Shown: piece after piece, positions 24,048 through 37,700 of the stretch | Layout of the letters: each line of letters opens with the position of its first letter | How positions within the stretch are numbered: position 1 is the first letter of the stretch | Source of the DNA: Guillardia theta CCMP2712 | Lineage: Eukaryota; Protista; Cryptophyta | Length of the DNA: 64,000 bases | Direction: 5' to 3' | Assembly: GCF_000315625.1 (NCBI RefSeq) | Contig: NW_005434587.1 | Span: forward strand, 124,001 to 188,000 | Notes under the pieces: generated by a model | What the model was told of the DNA's origin: nothing | Seen by the model: only the letters and a program-made list of their open reading frames with translations | The model's database searches: none | Translations under genes and position numbers: made by a program

Positions 24048-26345
24048 ATGGCGGTGGCGGCGGCTGCGGCGGCTGCGGCGGCTGCGGCGGCAGGGATGGC
24101 AGTGGACGAAGAGAGGTAGAGATTATCATGGTTTTCTTGTGCTGTGGACGATGTATTCGAATGTCCGATAGGGAAAGTGTTGTGTGAGATAAACTGTGAT
24201 TCCGCTTTCCTGGACTGACTTTCCTGGCGGAAAATACCCATTATTGTCAAATTGTATGACCTTATTCCAGGCTTCTGAAATACGCAGAGGCCGTTGAGAT
24301 GAATCTTGAGAACCAAACCCCACAAGGAATCTTGAAGATGCTCTATGATTCTGACTTGAAGAGGTTTGGAAGTGGATCCCTTCCAGAGGTAAAGCATGTC
24401 AACATTTTTGTCGTTTTAGCGACTGTGTCGTTGAGATACATCGCAGGCTGTGAACAGGATGGACGGAGAAAGCGTCAAGGTGCGCAATATCATGATTCTT
24501 CCTTGAGATTCCAGCGTTGCATTGAGAGATAATTGTTTTGCGTTTGAGACAGGGGCCGATCGTAGTCCAGTTGACCAAATGCGTGAATGTCAGTGAGCCG
24601 AGTCACAGTCAACACGCGGCAAGTCGGAACACGTACTTGAGAGATGCGGAGGTGACAACCGCTGAAGCTCAACAGGCTTCTGCTGTACTCCTTCACAGAT
24701 GGAAAACGCGAATGCGTTGCATTGCAGATGGAGCCGATCAAGGTGTTGTTTTTTTGCTGTGTTGGCCAACTGATGTATCTCCCCACTTCTCGTTACCAGG
24801 GATTGGGACTCGAAACTCCTCCTGGAACAAAATTGAAGATCCACAACGTCAATGTAAAGAGTGGGGTATGAGAAACTGGCAGAATTCCTCGCTATTGCTA
24901 ATGTGGCTGACTCAGGTACTCTTGTTGGGGAGTGGCTGCTGTACGGTGTTGGGTGGAGTGGTTCAATCGTTGAAAGAGGAATGGGAGACCTCGAAGGTGT
25001 GTATGTCCAAGTCAAGAGTTCTCTGACTCATCCTGCTCGAATACAGAAGTATGGGAATTCTGCCAGGAAGATGATGATTCAAGATGCCGCCAAGAAAGCC
25101 CAAAGTGAGGATTTCGAGCCCCCGCCCAAGTTTGAGTCTTTAGACGCGTGAGTTCCGATCGTTGGCCGTGAGAGCTCCTGACTCAACTCTAGCGGGCGGA
25201 ACAGACAGCAAGAAAGCAGGAACAATGCCTCGGCGAACGCGCCAAGGAAAGAATCAGCGAAGACCAAGAATGCAAATGATGCTCCGAGCAATACTCCAAG
25301 ACAGAAGAGTGGACAAGAACATAAGGGGCAAGTCGAGGCAAGAATTCCGCCTAGCAACTCTGCAGGCCAGCAGAAAGGAGGTCGGGCAGGCAAGGAGCAA
25401 CCCGAGCCTATCAACGCTCCCAGCACTGCTGGAGGACAGCCCAAGGGTGGCAGGCCCGGAAGGCAAGAAGTTGATCAGACACCATCCAACGAGGCTGCTG
25501 GTCAGAGGGGAGGGAGAGGGGGGAGGGGGGGCAGGGGAGGGAGGGGAGGAAGAGAGCATGCGCAGGGACAAGCGCGTGAGGAAGGCACAGTGACTCGCGA
25601 TCCAAGTGAGAGGGTCGTTCGCACCCATATTCCCACCCCAGCCTCGCAGAATCAGCCGAACGTCATGGAGAGCAAGCCAGCTGCTGAAAAGCCGAGGAAA
25701 ATCCTCCAGCTGTATCAGCCTCCAGCTGCAAGATCAGCTGAGGGACATGTTCAAGGAATGAGGGGCGCTAGGAATGGCGCAAGAGGGAGAGGCGCGCATC
25801 ATGCAGCACTCGAGCAAGCTAGTAGAGGATACGCACAGGGTGAGCTTGTGATTCAAACTGCTCCTGCTCATTCCACCCTGAAGCGTTCTTGACAGAGGAA
25901 GATGATGAGGCAATAGCTCGACGCATGCAGGTGGGCTGAACCTGAACCTGAAGGAGCTCCGTGATTCTCAACCACCCCGACAGGCTGAGTTTGACGAGGA
26001 GGAGCGAGTTCGTGCCGCTGAAGCAAGATTGCAAGCCATGACTCTGAACTCCTCCAAGAGCGGGGCGGTGCAGCCGCTTGTGGCTGCTCAGAACAATCAA
26101 CAGGGGATCATGGAAAGGTGAGCGACATCGTGTCAAAGCGCTTCGGTGTTTCTCGCAGAGTGTGACGTTCATCCAGTCTGTTTTCGTTTGACAACTCAAG
26201 ATCCAATCAGCTTGAAGAAGCTCCAAGCGGCAGAGGAGGGAGCCACGGAAGGTATTGCTGGCAGTGCTGATGTTTTCATCCTTAATAGTTCTTTTATCGT
26301 CATTACAGGGGACGAGGCCGTGGAAGAGGAAGGAGGGGGCATTAA
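24048..26345 (+). CDS. RMI1-N/TDRD3-type OB-fold protein with low-complexity and RG-rich tail
   Basis: Spliced segments LYDSDLKRFGSGSLP, GPIVVQLTKCVNVSEP, LGLETPPGTKL, VLLLGSGCCTVLGGVVQSLKEEW and PPPKF match the RMI1/TDRD3 N-terminal OB fold. The protein ends GRGRGRGRRGH*. Confidence 0.72.
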
Positions 26346-26957
26346 TCATGAGTGATTAAACGGACTGCCGCGGGTCCCATCCCCCAGCGTCACTGTGCCG
26401 CCGCCAGTGCAGAGCCTGACTCAGCTGGGCTCCGAGGCTGCCGGCCTGGTCAGTCACCAACGATGATCCTCCACGGCCAGTCCGGGCTGCCTCGGTCCCT
26501 CGGGTCACTCCGAGCCTGTGATCTAACCCATATGTCACCTAATTCTAAGCACAATATTGTTAAAATAGGTAGAATGTCAGTTAAATTTCGAACGCCTGCA
26601 ACAGAGGAATGCGGAGCGGACAGGAGATGGATAGGACATGGAGGGAAGTGAAGAGAGTACGCGATCATGAAGAAGTTGAGAGTTTGAGGACAGAAGCGAT
26701 GAAGAAGACAGATGGAGATGGTTCAAGGAAGGTTCACAGGAAGAGCAGAAGATACTCTATCGTACATGTCGTTGCAAGCGTCAAACCTTGGATCAAGATT
26801 GAAGCTAAGCGTCTCATGTCAGCAGAGATAGTTCGCACATTCACATTTAGTTGCTCCCTTCACTTGTCCTGATGAAGAGAACGTGTTGAATGTTACATGC
26901 TCAGTGAATGTCACTTGAATGTGCGAATGTGCTGTGACCTTACAACTGATCGGAAAG

Positions 26958-28225
26958 ATGGCAGGTTAGGCATGGGAGGGTTTGGAGTATGGCTCCGTGC
27001 AGGCCATCGTTTGCCCCACACCATCATGGCGTTGACTATCAGCTCTTCATAGTCCCTTTGCCGCAAGAATTCAAGTGCTATTCGGCATGCCGCATCTCAT
27101 CTTCCAGGCGAAGTTCCCCTTAACGAAGGAGCAAGCAGTTATCAGCCTATATGGTCTGTTAGAAAAGCAGCTGATTGAAGATTTCAAGCAATGCTCTACT
27201 AGTGTCCTTCAGAATGCGCTGGGTTCTGAACTTCCAGATCCTGTCATCGTGGATGATGCCAAAGACACGGAGGCTCCTGATCAGATCAAGTACTGCAGAT
27301 CATTGTTGTATCCTTGTGATTTACCGGCGTTCCTCGACAGGCACTTCACAATCCGGCTGCCCATCTCGATCGAGAGGCGCAGCATTCTACAAAATGTTTT
27401 GAAGATCGAATGGATGGACATGTTTGAGCGAGGAGGCTGGACTCTTGTGTCCATGTGGAACACCAAGGAGGTAGACATCTGCTCATCTTCCTTTCCCCCT
27501 GTGAATCCTCTGCCTGCAGAACGACGACACAACGAGCGAGTCAACGAAAGCTGCCGCAAGGAAGAACAACGAAGCTGGTCAGTCTTTTCTTGTACCTGGC
27601 GCTTGTGCTCACTGTGGAGCTAGTTCTCAATGAGAAGGAGATGGAGTGTGTGAACTTTCTTTTGAATCGGCGGAAAAATCATGCAGGTGCCCTGCTTCTC
27701 CTTTCGCTCCTGCCCTTGTTCTTCCTCTGAGCTGCACCTTACAGCAGCTTCATCGACAACGGCAGTCCCCATGGCTATCATGACCCCTGTCTCTTCACTC
27801 CCTATCTCCTCTCAGAGCCTGGCTTTCTCAGTCGCAATGCCTCACAGCGTCTCGCCAGAGCTGTCTGCAAGCAACCCCATGCTGGTTCGCTTGTGATGTT
27901 GTATTTCTTCTTGTTGACCCTGTCACAGTACAACAAATTGAAGCGCATGGAAGTGTATAAGAGAGAGGGCAAGACAGCAGAGAAAGAAAAGGACGGAGAT
28001 CAGACGGAGTCTATGGTAGAATTGATGTTCAGCGATACTGGGAGACTGATTCATGAAAATAGGACGAAGAGGAGGAAACCCCTGTGGCAAAAGGGAGCGA
28101 GGCCTCCAAGCGATCAGCGGATGAAGATCTTCTCAGCTCGAAAGCAAAAAAGAGATGAGGAAAGAAAATCGGCCCTGATTGTTCAATGGTTGAATCTTAA
28201 TTTTTGTAAGCATCATTGTTTCTAA
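26958..28225 (+). CDS. Hypothetical protein (multi-exon)
   Basis: ORFs 27075-27623, 27681-27896 and 27893-28225 with intervening splice-like sites. No family recognised. Confidence 0.45.
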
Positions 28226-28259
28226 AGAGTGTATCATAATAACTTGCTACCGATTGTTA

Positions 28260-30781
28260 TCATGAGCTGCCGGAATTCACAACAAGAACAACTTTCCCAA
28301 CGTTCTGGCCACTCTGCAGAAACCTCAACGCATCTGCAGCATCCTCCATCTTGTAAGTCTTTCCTACCAAGGGCCTCTGACAGGTTGGTGAGGCAACAAG
28401 ATCGATATCAAATCCTCTTACCTTCCACGGAACAGCAGCCAGCATCGACTTCAGCATCTCACTCATCTCCTCTACCTTGTCCCACATCCAGATGAGGTTG
28501 AATCCCAGTACCCCCTGCTCTCCAAGTCAGAGGAGGAGGAGAGTTGTACAACTCCCTACTTTGTTCGCGGCGATGATCTCCAGAGGATCGACTGTCGGCC
28601 TCCGCAGCCACTGCCAGGCAAGCCGGATCCAATTGGGCCTTTGTGACAACGTGAAAGGAGGCAGGAGCAATTTGAGAGGAGGGAGAGGAGGAGGAGGAGG
28701 AGGAGGAGGAGGAGGAGGAGGAGGAGGAGGAGGAGGAGGAGGAGGAGGAGGAGGAGGAGGAGGAGGAGGAGGAGGAGGAGGAGGAGGAGGAGGAGGAGGA
28801 GGAGGAGGACGNNNNNNNNNNNNNNNNNNNNNNNNNNNNNNNNNNNNNNNNNNNNNNNNNNNNNNNNNNNNNNNNNNNNNNNNNNNNNNNNNNNNNNNNN
28901 NNNNNNNNNNNNNNNNNNNNNNNNNNNNNNNNNNNNNNNNNNNNNNNNNNNNNNNNNNNNNNNNNNNNNNNNNNNNNNNNNNNNNNNNNNNNNNNNNNNN
29001 NNNNNNNNNNNNNNNNNNNNNNNNNNNNNNNNNNNNNNNNNNNNNNNNNNNNNNNNNNNNNNNNNNNNNNNNNNNNNNNNNNNNNNNNNNNNNNNNNNNN
29101 NNNNNNNNNNNNNNNNNNNNNNNNNNNNNNNNNNNNNNNNNNNNNNNNNNNNNNNNNNNNNNNNNNNNNNNNNNNNNNNNNNNNNNNNNNNNNNNNNNNN
29201 NNNNNNNNNNNNNNNNNNNNNNNNNNNNNNNNNNNNNNNNNNNNNNNNNNNNNNNNNNNNNNNNNNNNNNNNNNNNNNNNNNNNNNNNNNNNNNNNNNNN
29301 NNNNNNNNNNNNNNNNNNNNNNNNNNNNNNNNNNNNNNNNNNNNNNNNNNNNNNNNNNNNNNNNNNNNNNNNNNNNNNNNNNNNNNNNNNNNNNNNNNNN
29401 NNNNNNNNNNNNNNNNNNNNNNNNNNNNNNNNNNNNNNNNNNNNNNNNNNNNNNNNNNNNNNNNNNNNNNNNNNNNNNNNNNNNNNNNNNNNNNNNNNNN
29501 NNNNNNNNNNGGAGGAGGAGGAGGAGGAGGGCAAATACCTGTCTCCTGGGGGAGTCATAGAGGCGGCCCCAAAGACTACGATCCTGAAGTAGATCGAATC
29601 AGGTGAAAGCAGGAGGAGAGAGGAGGAGGAGGAGAGGGGATAGAGTGAGCAGAGAGGAGATTGGAGGAGGCAGCAAGCAGAACAGGTTGGGAAAATCTCG
29701 ACCTGCCGCCACGGCAGAGGCGATCATAACAAGGCTGAAAGTAAGGACCTTGTACCGAGTCCATTACGATAGCTATTCCCTCCTATCACTTGATCATTCA
29801 CTGTGAAGTCACTATGGGAGATGAGAATAACCTCGCATTTGTTCATCTTCATGCTTTCATCAAGCTACAGCAAACGTGTCACCCGATTCCCTACCAATAT
29901 TTCCTACCTGATCACCAAAATCCTTCCCAGTCTTCGCTCTCACGATGATTTTGCTGCTTGGCAAATTGAACCTCTCCTGTGTCACATAAATGCCAAGTAT
30001 CCTCCTCCTCCCTCTCATCCTCGCCTGCAGTAAAGACGCTTTGCTAGCTGTTCCTATGGTGGCTATCGGATGTGCCTTGTGTGCCAAGACAATCTCGAGC
30101 GCAGCAAGTCCAACGCCGCCGGCAGCTGACAAGAACCAGTCACCGTAAGAGAGGAACCAGCCAGCTTTTGCTACACCGGAGTGTACGAGGACGTGCTGAT
30201 CTTTCTTCAACCCCCCGAGATGCACCAGCCCATACCATGCTGTCAGTGACGTGCATAGGAATCCTGCACCCTCCTCGTAGCTCCAGTCGCTGGGGATCGG
30301 CCGAACGAAGCAGGAGCGCGTGAGCAAGTGGGTGGTGTACCCTCCGAACCTCGTGACTCCCATCACTCGCTCTCCTGCCTTTGGCCTCCAGCCATCCCGC
30401 TCCTTCACATCTGCTCCAACCTCAACTATGATGCCGCTGAACTCAAGTCCTGCACACAAGAGCCACGTCAGCTGGCAGGAAGCAGCTGGAGCTGGGCTGA
30501 CCAGGGACAAAGGAGCCAGTCGGTGTTGCCGAGTAGAGGCCCTGGCAGGCAAAGATGTCTGCAAAGTTCAAACCGATTGCCTTGACCTGCACAGACGACT
30601 GAGTCACTCTAGACTTGACATCTGAACTTCTGACCTCGATCTTGAGGAGATCTTCTGTTGCTTGCAACTCAGACTCGTCGAATCCCTCCAGCCGCAGCTG
30701 ATCAAGAGAACCCGCCTTGGGCATGATCCATCGCTGTCCCTTGACCATACCTGTATGGCACCTGCGGAGCGGGTGGTTCAT
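28260..30781 (-). CDS. MDR-family NADPH:quinone oxidoreductase, VAT-1-like
   Basis: [47 protein letters not shown] (nucleotide binding), GFNLIW and [12 protein letters not shown]. One intron contains a GGA tract and an assembly gap. Confidence 0.9.
28684..28809. repeat. (GGA)n microsatellite in an intron
   Basis: Pure GGA run abutting the gap and resuming at 29511. Confidence 0.95.
28812..29510. other. Assembly gap (N run)
   Basis: Run of N. Confidence 1.
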
Positions 30782-30879
30782 TCTGGGTTACTTGGCTTGT
30801 TTTGAGCAGAACAATCGATGAAGAGGAGGTGAATGGGAGAGGAGGGAGAGGGGTAACGTGGGGTCGAGAAGGTTGAAAG

Positions 30880-31280
30880 GACGAGGAGACGGTAGAGAAC
30901 GGAGAGGCGGAGAGGGCAGGAGGGAGAGGAGGAGGAGGAGGAGGAGGAGGAGGAGGGAATGCTGGAGGGAGAGGGAGGAGGAAGAGGAAGAGAAAATTGC
31001 TGGAGGGAGAGGGAGGAGGGAGAGGAGGGAGAGGAGGGAAAGGTCGAGACGAGGAAATGCTGAAGGGAGAGGGAGGAGGGAGAGGAGGGAGAAGGGAGAG
31101 GAGAGGAAGAGAAGAGGAAATGCTAGAGGGAGAGGGAGGAGGGAGAGGAGAGGAAGAGAAGAGGAAATGCTAGAGGGAGAGGGAGAAGGGAGAGGAGAGG
31201 AAGAGAAGAGGGAATGCTAGAGGAAGGGAGAGGAAGGAGAGGACCAGGGAATGCTGGAGGGGGAGGGAGGGGGAGAGGAC
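30880..31280. repeat. GA-rich degenerate minisatellite with recurring aatgct(g/a)gagggagaggg core
   Basis: The core recurs several times within a polypurine tract. Confidence 0.8.
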
Positions 31281-31620
31281 GGAGAAGTGGGGGAGGTGCA
31301 GCTCAAGCAAGTGCCACAAACACGATGGTCAGAGAGGTGATGTGGGGGCCCTCTAAGAGCTGGATAACGACATTTGTCGGGGACCCTGGGAAATCGGGAG
31401 GGAGGAGGGAGTGAAGGAGGGGAAGGAGAGAGATATGAAGGAGGTATGAAGGAAAGAAGGATCGGATTCGTTGGGAAGTCAAGAAGTTAGAGGAGAAAGG
31501 GAGGATATGATGATGAAAGAAAGGAAAGTTCTCTTTCCGCTGGAACAGAAGAGACGAGGAAATGAGAGGAAACTAGAGTTGGAAAATCGAGCCTGAGGTT
31601 CTTATTTATCGCAGAAAGTT

Positions 31621-32434
31621 ATGATTTCAAACATGGACGAGCAGTTTCAAGCTGACAAGGAAAATGTGTCTTGGTGAGTTTTTTCTGCCGCGGAGTTTGC
31701 AGCACTCAAAAGGCATCAACAGGAACAAAATGCATGCCTTAAGATCTCTCGAAGGTCATGAGACATCAAAGCCGAAGCTCTTTGATGTTTCTTACCCCAA
31801 CCTTGACGTACCAGCTTCTCTTCCTTTGTCAGTTGGACCAGAATTCCTTGCAGGTTATGCATGCGGTATGAGCAGAGCGCACAAAGAAGCTCTCTCACAC
31901 ATCGACGAGCTCGGGTCTTTGAGATGCTGTGTGACCAAGAACGAAGAGATGATATCAAAGCACACAAACAAGATCAGCTCGTTAGAAAAGAATCTTGCAT
32001 TTGCTTCTGGAAACTATTTTCAATCCATGCACCTTATGAGAGATCGAGTGACACGGCTCGAAGATCGTAACGTTGAGACTGCCAAGAATTTGCAGCTTGC
32101 TCTTTTCAGAGTGATGCAACTTGAACGAAGATCTTCAAGGCATCGATTCAACTTGGGAAAGATTCTATCAATGCTAAAGAAGTTACAATCTCTCAAACGT
32201 GGCCTTGGCCTTGTTCTCTTTCTCGCTGCAATCCTTGCATTGATACGGGTGGCTTCAATTGTCAATTTGGGTTCGGCACTGACTTGTGTACAGTGGAGAA
32301 AGAGCATCCTGTCCAACGAGGTTCTGTTTGCGATGCTTTCAAAGGCAGGGAAGGTCTTCTTGGCTTTGATGCTGACCAGGACTCAAAGTATGCTCATTGA
32401 TTGTGATTGTGGTGCCAGTTGCCAGTATTGCTGA
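31621..32434 (+). CDS. Hypothetical coiled-coil protein with C-terminal hydrophobic segments
   Basis: 256-aa ORF with a coiled-coil-like middle, a hydrophobic stretch GLGLVLFLAAILALIRVASIV and a probable short first intron near 31674. Confidence 0.55.
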
Positions 32435-32544
32435 TGATGTATTTGAAGGTTCTATGGAAGTGACCTTTGACAAAGTGCGAAAGATGATCTTACAGTAGAG
32501 GTTATTCCTGTCAATCCTGCTCTTCCTCGCCTTCCTTCTCCGAC

Positions 32545-34038
32545 TCATGTTGTGTATTCTCTTTCCGCTTGCTCCATGCTGCCTCCAAGATCTGCCAGCA
32601 CCGCTCTCAAAACCTAGTCGTTCGCTGTAAGATGCAACAAAATAACCTGCCGTGCTTCGTCGTGGTTCTTTGCCTACATAATAAATCAGATCTTCTGTTT
32701 GGCATGCTCATAGTCTACCAAAGCTAACGATGCTATCCACCTTCTCAGCTTCCTCCTTGCGGGACCCTACAGGAGACAATTAAAGGAAGGGGTGGAAGGA
32801 AAGCTTCCCGTACACTCTCGATGCTGTAATGGACGTGCGGCAGATCTTCGGGCCATAACAGTCCCTTCCGCACTCTGTCTGTCAGGAAGGAACGTGCAAT
32901 ATGCACCTGCCGCCATCATAATCATGCCCGAGGTACAATCCTCAAGGTAAGAGTCCTTACGTCTCGAGCCTGCGATACAGTCCTGGTGACTTTCTTTGCG
33001 GCAAGGCTCTCATTGTGTCCTTTCGCCTTGACCCCTAGACAATTGTAACCCTGCAATCCTGCATCGCAAGTGAACACGCTCACTGTCGTTGATGCGATCA
33101 TCTTTGGTCAAGACAAGAAGGGCGGGGATCCCAGCCTCTCTCATCGTCTGCAAGTTGTCAGAAGAAGACAAGGCGAGCCAACAAGCAAGCAAGCGGTGCT
33201 TTCACCTGCACGAAGAAATAATCATCTCGAGTTACTGGCCACCGGATGTCTGCCAAGAACAAAGCTGCAACTACTGGTGACTTTGCAAGTTCGTTAGGTG
33301 GTGGCTGAACTTTAAGTGAAGCAGAACCCTATGCATGTACGACTCGCACAGAGGGCCCCAAACTGTCTCCCAACGTTTGGCTAGAACTCCCTGCATGCTT
33401 GTGACACATGTTAAATGAAGCTGCAGCCGGCTCACATATTTGTGCTCGAAGCCATATCCCTACACTCACACGTCAACATTCCATTGCATCTTGAAGTAGA
33501 TGCAAAATGAATACCGGGAAATCAGCTAGAATCACAGAGGAGTTCACCATGTACAAGTTTATCTCATCGGTCTTTCCTGCCCTTCATTACATGTCAATCT
33601 CTGAGATGGAGAAGAAAAAGTCACCTTGACGACGTTCTCGCTATTCCAGGTTTTGCCAGCAGGTGGTTGATCAGACTTGATTTCCCTGAGTTGGTACGGC
33701 CTCCAAAAAAGATAAGAAACCATCGCCCTCGCTCATGTTTCTTGAGTCACCTGCAATGCAGATCTCGGGCAAGGGAGGATGAGACCTCGGGGCATCGACT
33801 TGGTCTGGGGTACATATTGTTCCCACTTTTTGTACTCTAACGATATGCAACCATCACTGTCATACTGAAGGGGCGGGGGCGAGGCGCACCTGTTAGCCTT
33901 TCTGATGACGTATGCCTTCTCCGATTGATCATCTCCATCTGCCTTATCGCTCATGGACCTCCAGCTCTGAGCGAACTTGAACCTAGAGCGGTAGAGCCTC
34001 GTACCCAGAGCTCTGTTGAAAGATGCAACTAGATTCAT
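32545..34038 (-). CDS. engB: EngB/YihA-family GTPase, probably mitochondrial
   Basis: After splicing: G1 GRTNSGKSSLIN, G2 GKT, G3 DFPG(YG), G4 LVLTKDD. The Arg/Ser-rich N-terminus MNLVASFNRALGTRLYRSRF resembles a mitochondrial presequence. Many short exons. Confidence 0.8.
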
Positions 34039-34074
34039 CCTGTGGCAGATGCATCAGACTTGCGTTACTTCCGT

Positions 34075-34600
34075 CTTCCCTTCTCCTTCCCTTCGTGTTC
34101 ACCTCTCCCCCTCCTCCTCCCCCTTCCCCTCCTCCTCCCCCTGCTCCTCTCCCCTGCTCCTCCCCCCTCCTCGTTCCTCTCCCCCTCCCCCTCCCCCTTC
34201 CCTCCTTCACCCCCTCCTTCACCTCCCCTTTCCCCCTCCTCCTCCTCCTTCCTAAACCCCCTCCTCCTTCCCCTCCTCCTTGTCACCAAACNNNNNNNNN
34301 NNNNNNNNNNNNNNNNNNNNNNNNNNNNNNNNNNNNNNNNNNNNNNNNNNNNNNNNNNNNNNNNNNNNNNNNNNNNNNNNNNNNNNNNNNNTCCTCCTCC
34401 CTCCCTCCTCCTCCCTCCTCCTCCTCCCTCCCTCCTCCTTCCTCCTCCTCCGTCCTCCTCCCTCCCCTCCCCTCCCCTCCTCCTCCCTTCCTACCCTCCC
34501 TCCCTTCCCTCCCTCCCTTCCCCTCCCCTCCCCTCCCCCTCCTCGTTCCCCTGCTTGTTCCCCTGCTCGTGCCCCTGCTCGTGCCCCTGCCCCTTCGCCC
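34075..34600. repeat. CT-rich low-complexity tract containing assembly gap 34292-34391
   Basis: Polypyrimidine CCT/CCCT repeats flanking an N run. Confidence 0.9.
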
Positions 34601-34730
34601 TCCATCATTCTTCAGTCCCGGCATGCCGCATGCGCCTCATCAGACTTAAATCGAATAAATTATGTTCGCAGGAATAATCTCACGATCAGCACCGGACAGT
34701 CCTCGCAGTTCAGCATGGGCTGGTTTATTG

Positions 34731-37700
34731 TCAACTATTCAGCTCTCTAGACGCCGTTAACGAGCTCTGCGATGGTCCCTTGCTAACCGTCTGCATAAGT
34801 CGGCGAGTCAGGGCAGGCGGTAAGGAGGGAGCAGGAGCAGGAGCAGAAACACAGGAGCAAAAACAGGAGCAGGTGTAGTGATGGGGAGCAGGAGGTGTAG
34901 TGATGGGGAGCAAGAGCAGAATTTGATGTGACAGGAAGAAAAGAACAATTCGGTAGAGCTCAAAAGGGATGATGGCGGAGGTATCAAGACCTCTGGCTTG
35001 TAAGTTGTCTGCTCCTGCCGCCTGATCTTCAACCCCTGGCAGGTGCAATCTTTCAGCAAATCCGGTAGAGGAGGAGGAGGACTGTTGGCCATCACCTTCT
35101 CCTTGAGTCCACTGGTGAAAGAGTACTTGCGAGAAGAGTTGTTGAGATCCTCAGCCTGACACCAGACAGGTTGAGATATGAACGCGAGTTGCAAACAATA
35201 GCCAGCAACCTCAGCTGAGACTAGTTTCTTCTCTTCCTCGGTGAGCTCCTTGAGCTCTTCATCCCCGTCCTTGAGTTACGTCAGAAGCGAAGGGGAGGAA
35301 GAGAGGAGAAAGAAGTGGAGGAAGGAGGAGGAGGGACCTTGTAGTAGTAGAACCCTTCCTCTTTCAAAGCAAGCGCTTGAATCGCCGACCCACTCGACAT
35401 CTTCGCGTGAGCCTAAACGAAGCTTAATCCTCCTCCTCCTCCCTTGCCGATATTTCCAACCAGCAGTGAATTCCAGTCGTGATATTTCACCAAGTCGAGC
35501 TTAGCAAAACCTGAGTGAGGGAGGAGAGAGTGAGCGAGTGGGAAGACGATGTCGAATTCTCTCACCATTCCAGTTGGATCGTTGGGTCAGCCGTAACTTG
35601 GTATGCTCTATTTGACTTCTCGCTGCAAGCTTCCTGTTTAAGTCGTCGATCTGCCAGTAACTGTTAGGAGGAGGAGGAAGGGCATGATTAGGGAGTTTAC
35701 CGTGTCTTCCGCTTCAACTATCATCTCCTCTACAGGGTCGCACTGTATTCGGCGTCATTTCCTCAGTTCTTTCCTTCCCGCGGTTTCCTCCCTTGTCGTT
35801 TCTCCTTCTCCCTCCCTCCCTCCCTCCCTCTTCCTCGCTTCCCTAGCTTCAGCTCCTCCTCTCATCCCAGTCATTACCTTGTACTCCGACGGTCGCCATC
35901 GCACAAGCTGAACAGCCAGAGACTCTGCTCGAGTCTTCGGCTCCTGCCAAACCATCATCATTCACTTTCTGCTCTCCTCTAACTCTCACCAGCTGAGGCA
36001 GCAGCTCCAAGAATAAACATTTGGTCGAAATGTTCTCGAGCTGCAAAACCTGTCACCATTGCGCGAACAAGACCTCTTGCTGCCTTCACCTGATACTGCG
36101 ACGAAAGCTTCATATCATCACAAAGCACCTGCAAGAACCATGAATCCCAAGGCAAACTGCAAAGGCTTCATCGACCAGCTCAGGGCAAAATCTCAACGTT
36201 GAGGGAGCGCGAAGACGAAGGTGTGGGACCCCATCGGTAGAGTCAATCTTGCACTTCAGACTATCCGGCAGGTTCTCAATCAGGTTCACTTTGATCTGTG
36301 CGACGGTCAGGTCGTCGTCGATCTCTACTGTGCTCAGCTCCTTCCACGTCAAGGGCTGCTTGACCGAGTCGACCAGGTGAAGCTGAACCTGATAGATCGA
36401 CGCCTTGGACGGTGCTCCTGCCTCAACGTGCAACCTTGTGATGTACTCTCCTCCCCTCGAGATTCCCAGGTCAGCAAGAGACATCTGCATCCTGTTCAAC
36501 TCTTGCATCCCGTTCTCAGCCTTCCGCAGGATCTTGAACTTCTCACACTCCATCTCCAACATGCTGCTCATCCTCTCCTTGGCGCTCTGGAGGGAGTCGG
36601 AGATTGGGGTGATGATAGAGTGACCGACGGATTGGTTCTGCAGGTCGTTGAAGAGGATCTTGATTTTGTTCGAGGCCTCCAAGACAGCAGGAGACATGAT
36701 GGAGTTCTTGAAGAGGTGCACATCGTTGAGCGAGTTCAACATCTCAGACTTGATCTTGGCGACGAAGAAGAAGTCCTCCTCCCACTGAGAGAACATCCTC
36801 TTCAACCTGGTTGCGTTCTCCGGGAACTGAACTTCCCTGTGGATCGAATGCCGTCGATACTTGGCAACCACGAGCTCACCCACATCGACGCCGTACTGAT
36901 GCATCACCAGGCGCTTCAGGTCCAAGACGGTGTCCTCTTCTTGGAGGTAAAACACGTCATTCTCGTCCGAGAACTGTAGGATTGCGCTATCTACATCCCC
37001 AACAATGTCTCTGCTCAGCCAAACACGGACAGGACTGCTGTTCGGCTGGAATTGCTTCCATGGCATTGAAAGATCCATCCTCGTTTCCACAGCCAAGTTG
37101 ATGTTACAAGACAGTATGCTCTCAATGGCAGGATTGTCCTCCTCATCTGACAGGACTGGTAGTCCCAGCAGGTCGTTTGACGGGTTGTACTTCCTGAGCC
37201 GGATGCAGTCGATATCGACGTCCTTCAAGCTATTGAAACTTTCCCTGACCCTTACCAGCAACTGATGGTAAGATTGATCCTTCAAGATATTCACTGTGCT
37301 GTGGTAGAAGCCGTGGAATACGTTGATCTGCCACGTATTCCTCTTTATCCGCAGCTCCTCCTCCTCTCTCTTCAATGCTTCCTCGCTAATCTTGATCGCT
37401 TGTGCCAACTCCTGCGAACACAAGTCAGCGCAATGGAAGTGGAATCGACGGGGTTTGTTGCTTGCCTCTGGCACCTCTAGCTTCCGCTGAACCTTCCTGC
37501 CATCCTCCCTCCTCCTGTACAAAAGCATGTAGGCGGTCGCTGTGGTGAGATAGGTCGTTGTTGCTCCATAAGCTCCGAAAGTGGATTCAACATCCTGCCA
37601 GCAAGCTTCCGTTACCATAGCGTCGTTAAACTTGTACCATCGTCCTTCCGCCAAGTCCTTGACGTACGCGTAGTAGTGCCCACCGAACGCGCTTCCGCTA

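Noticed and set aside
26832-26927. 12-bp inverted repeat ttcgcacattca/tgaatgtgcgaa as MITE ends
   Set aside because: It is short, appears once, and I saw no target-site duplication.
28477-29592. Poly-Gly and poly-Pro ORFs of 343-371 aa
   Set aside because: They are a GGA tract plus N gap inside an intron of the oxidoreductase gene.
34016-34750. Pro/Ser/Leu-rich ORFs
   Set aside because: They arise from low-complexity CT tracts spanning an assembly gap.
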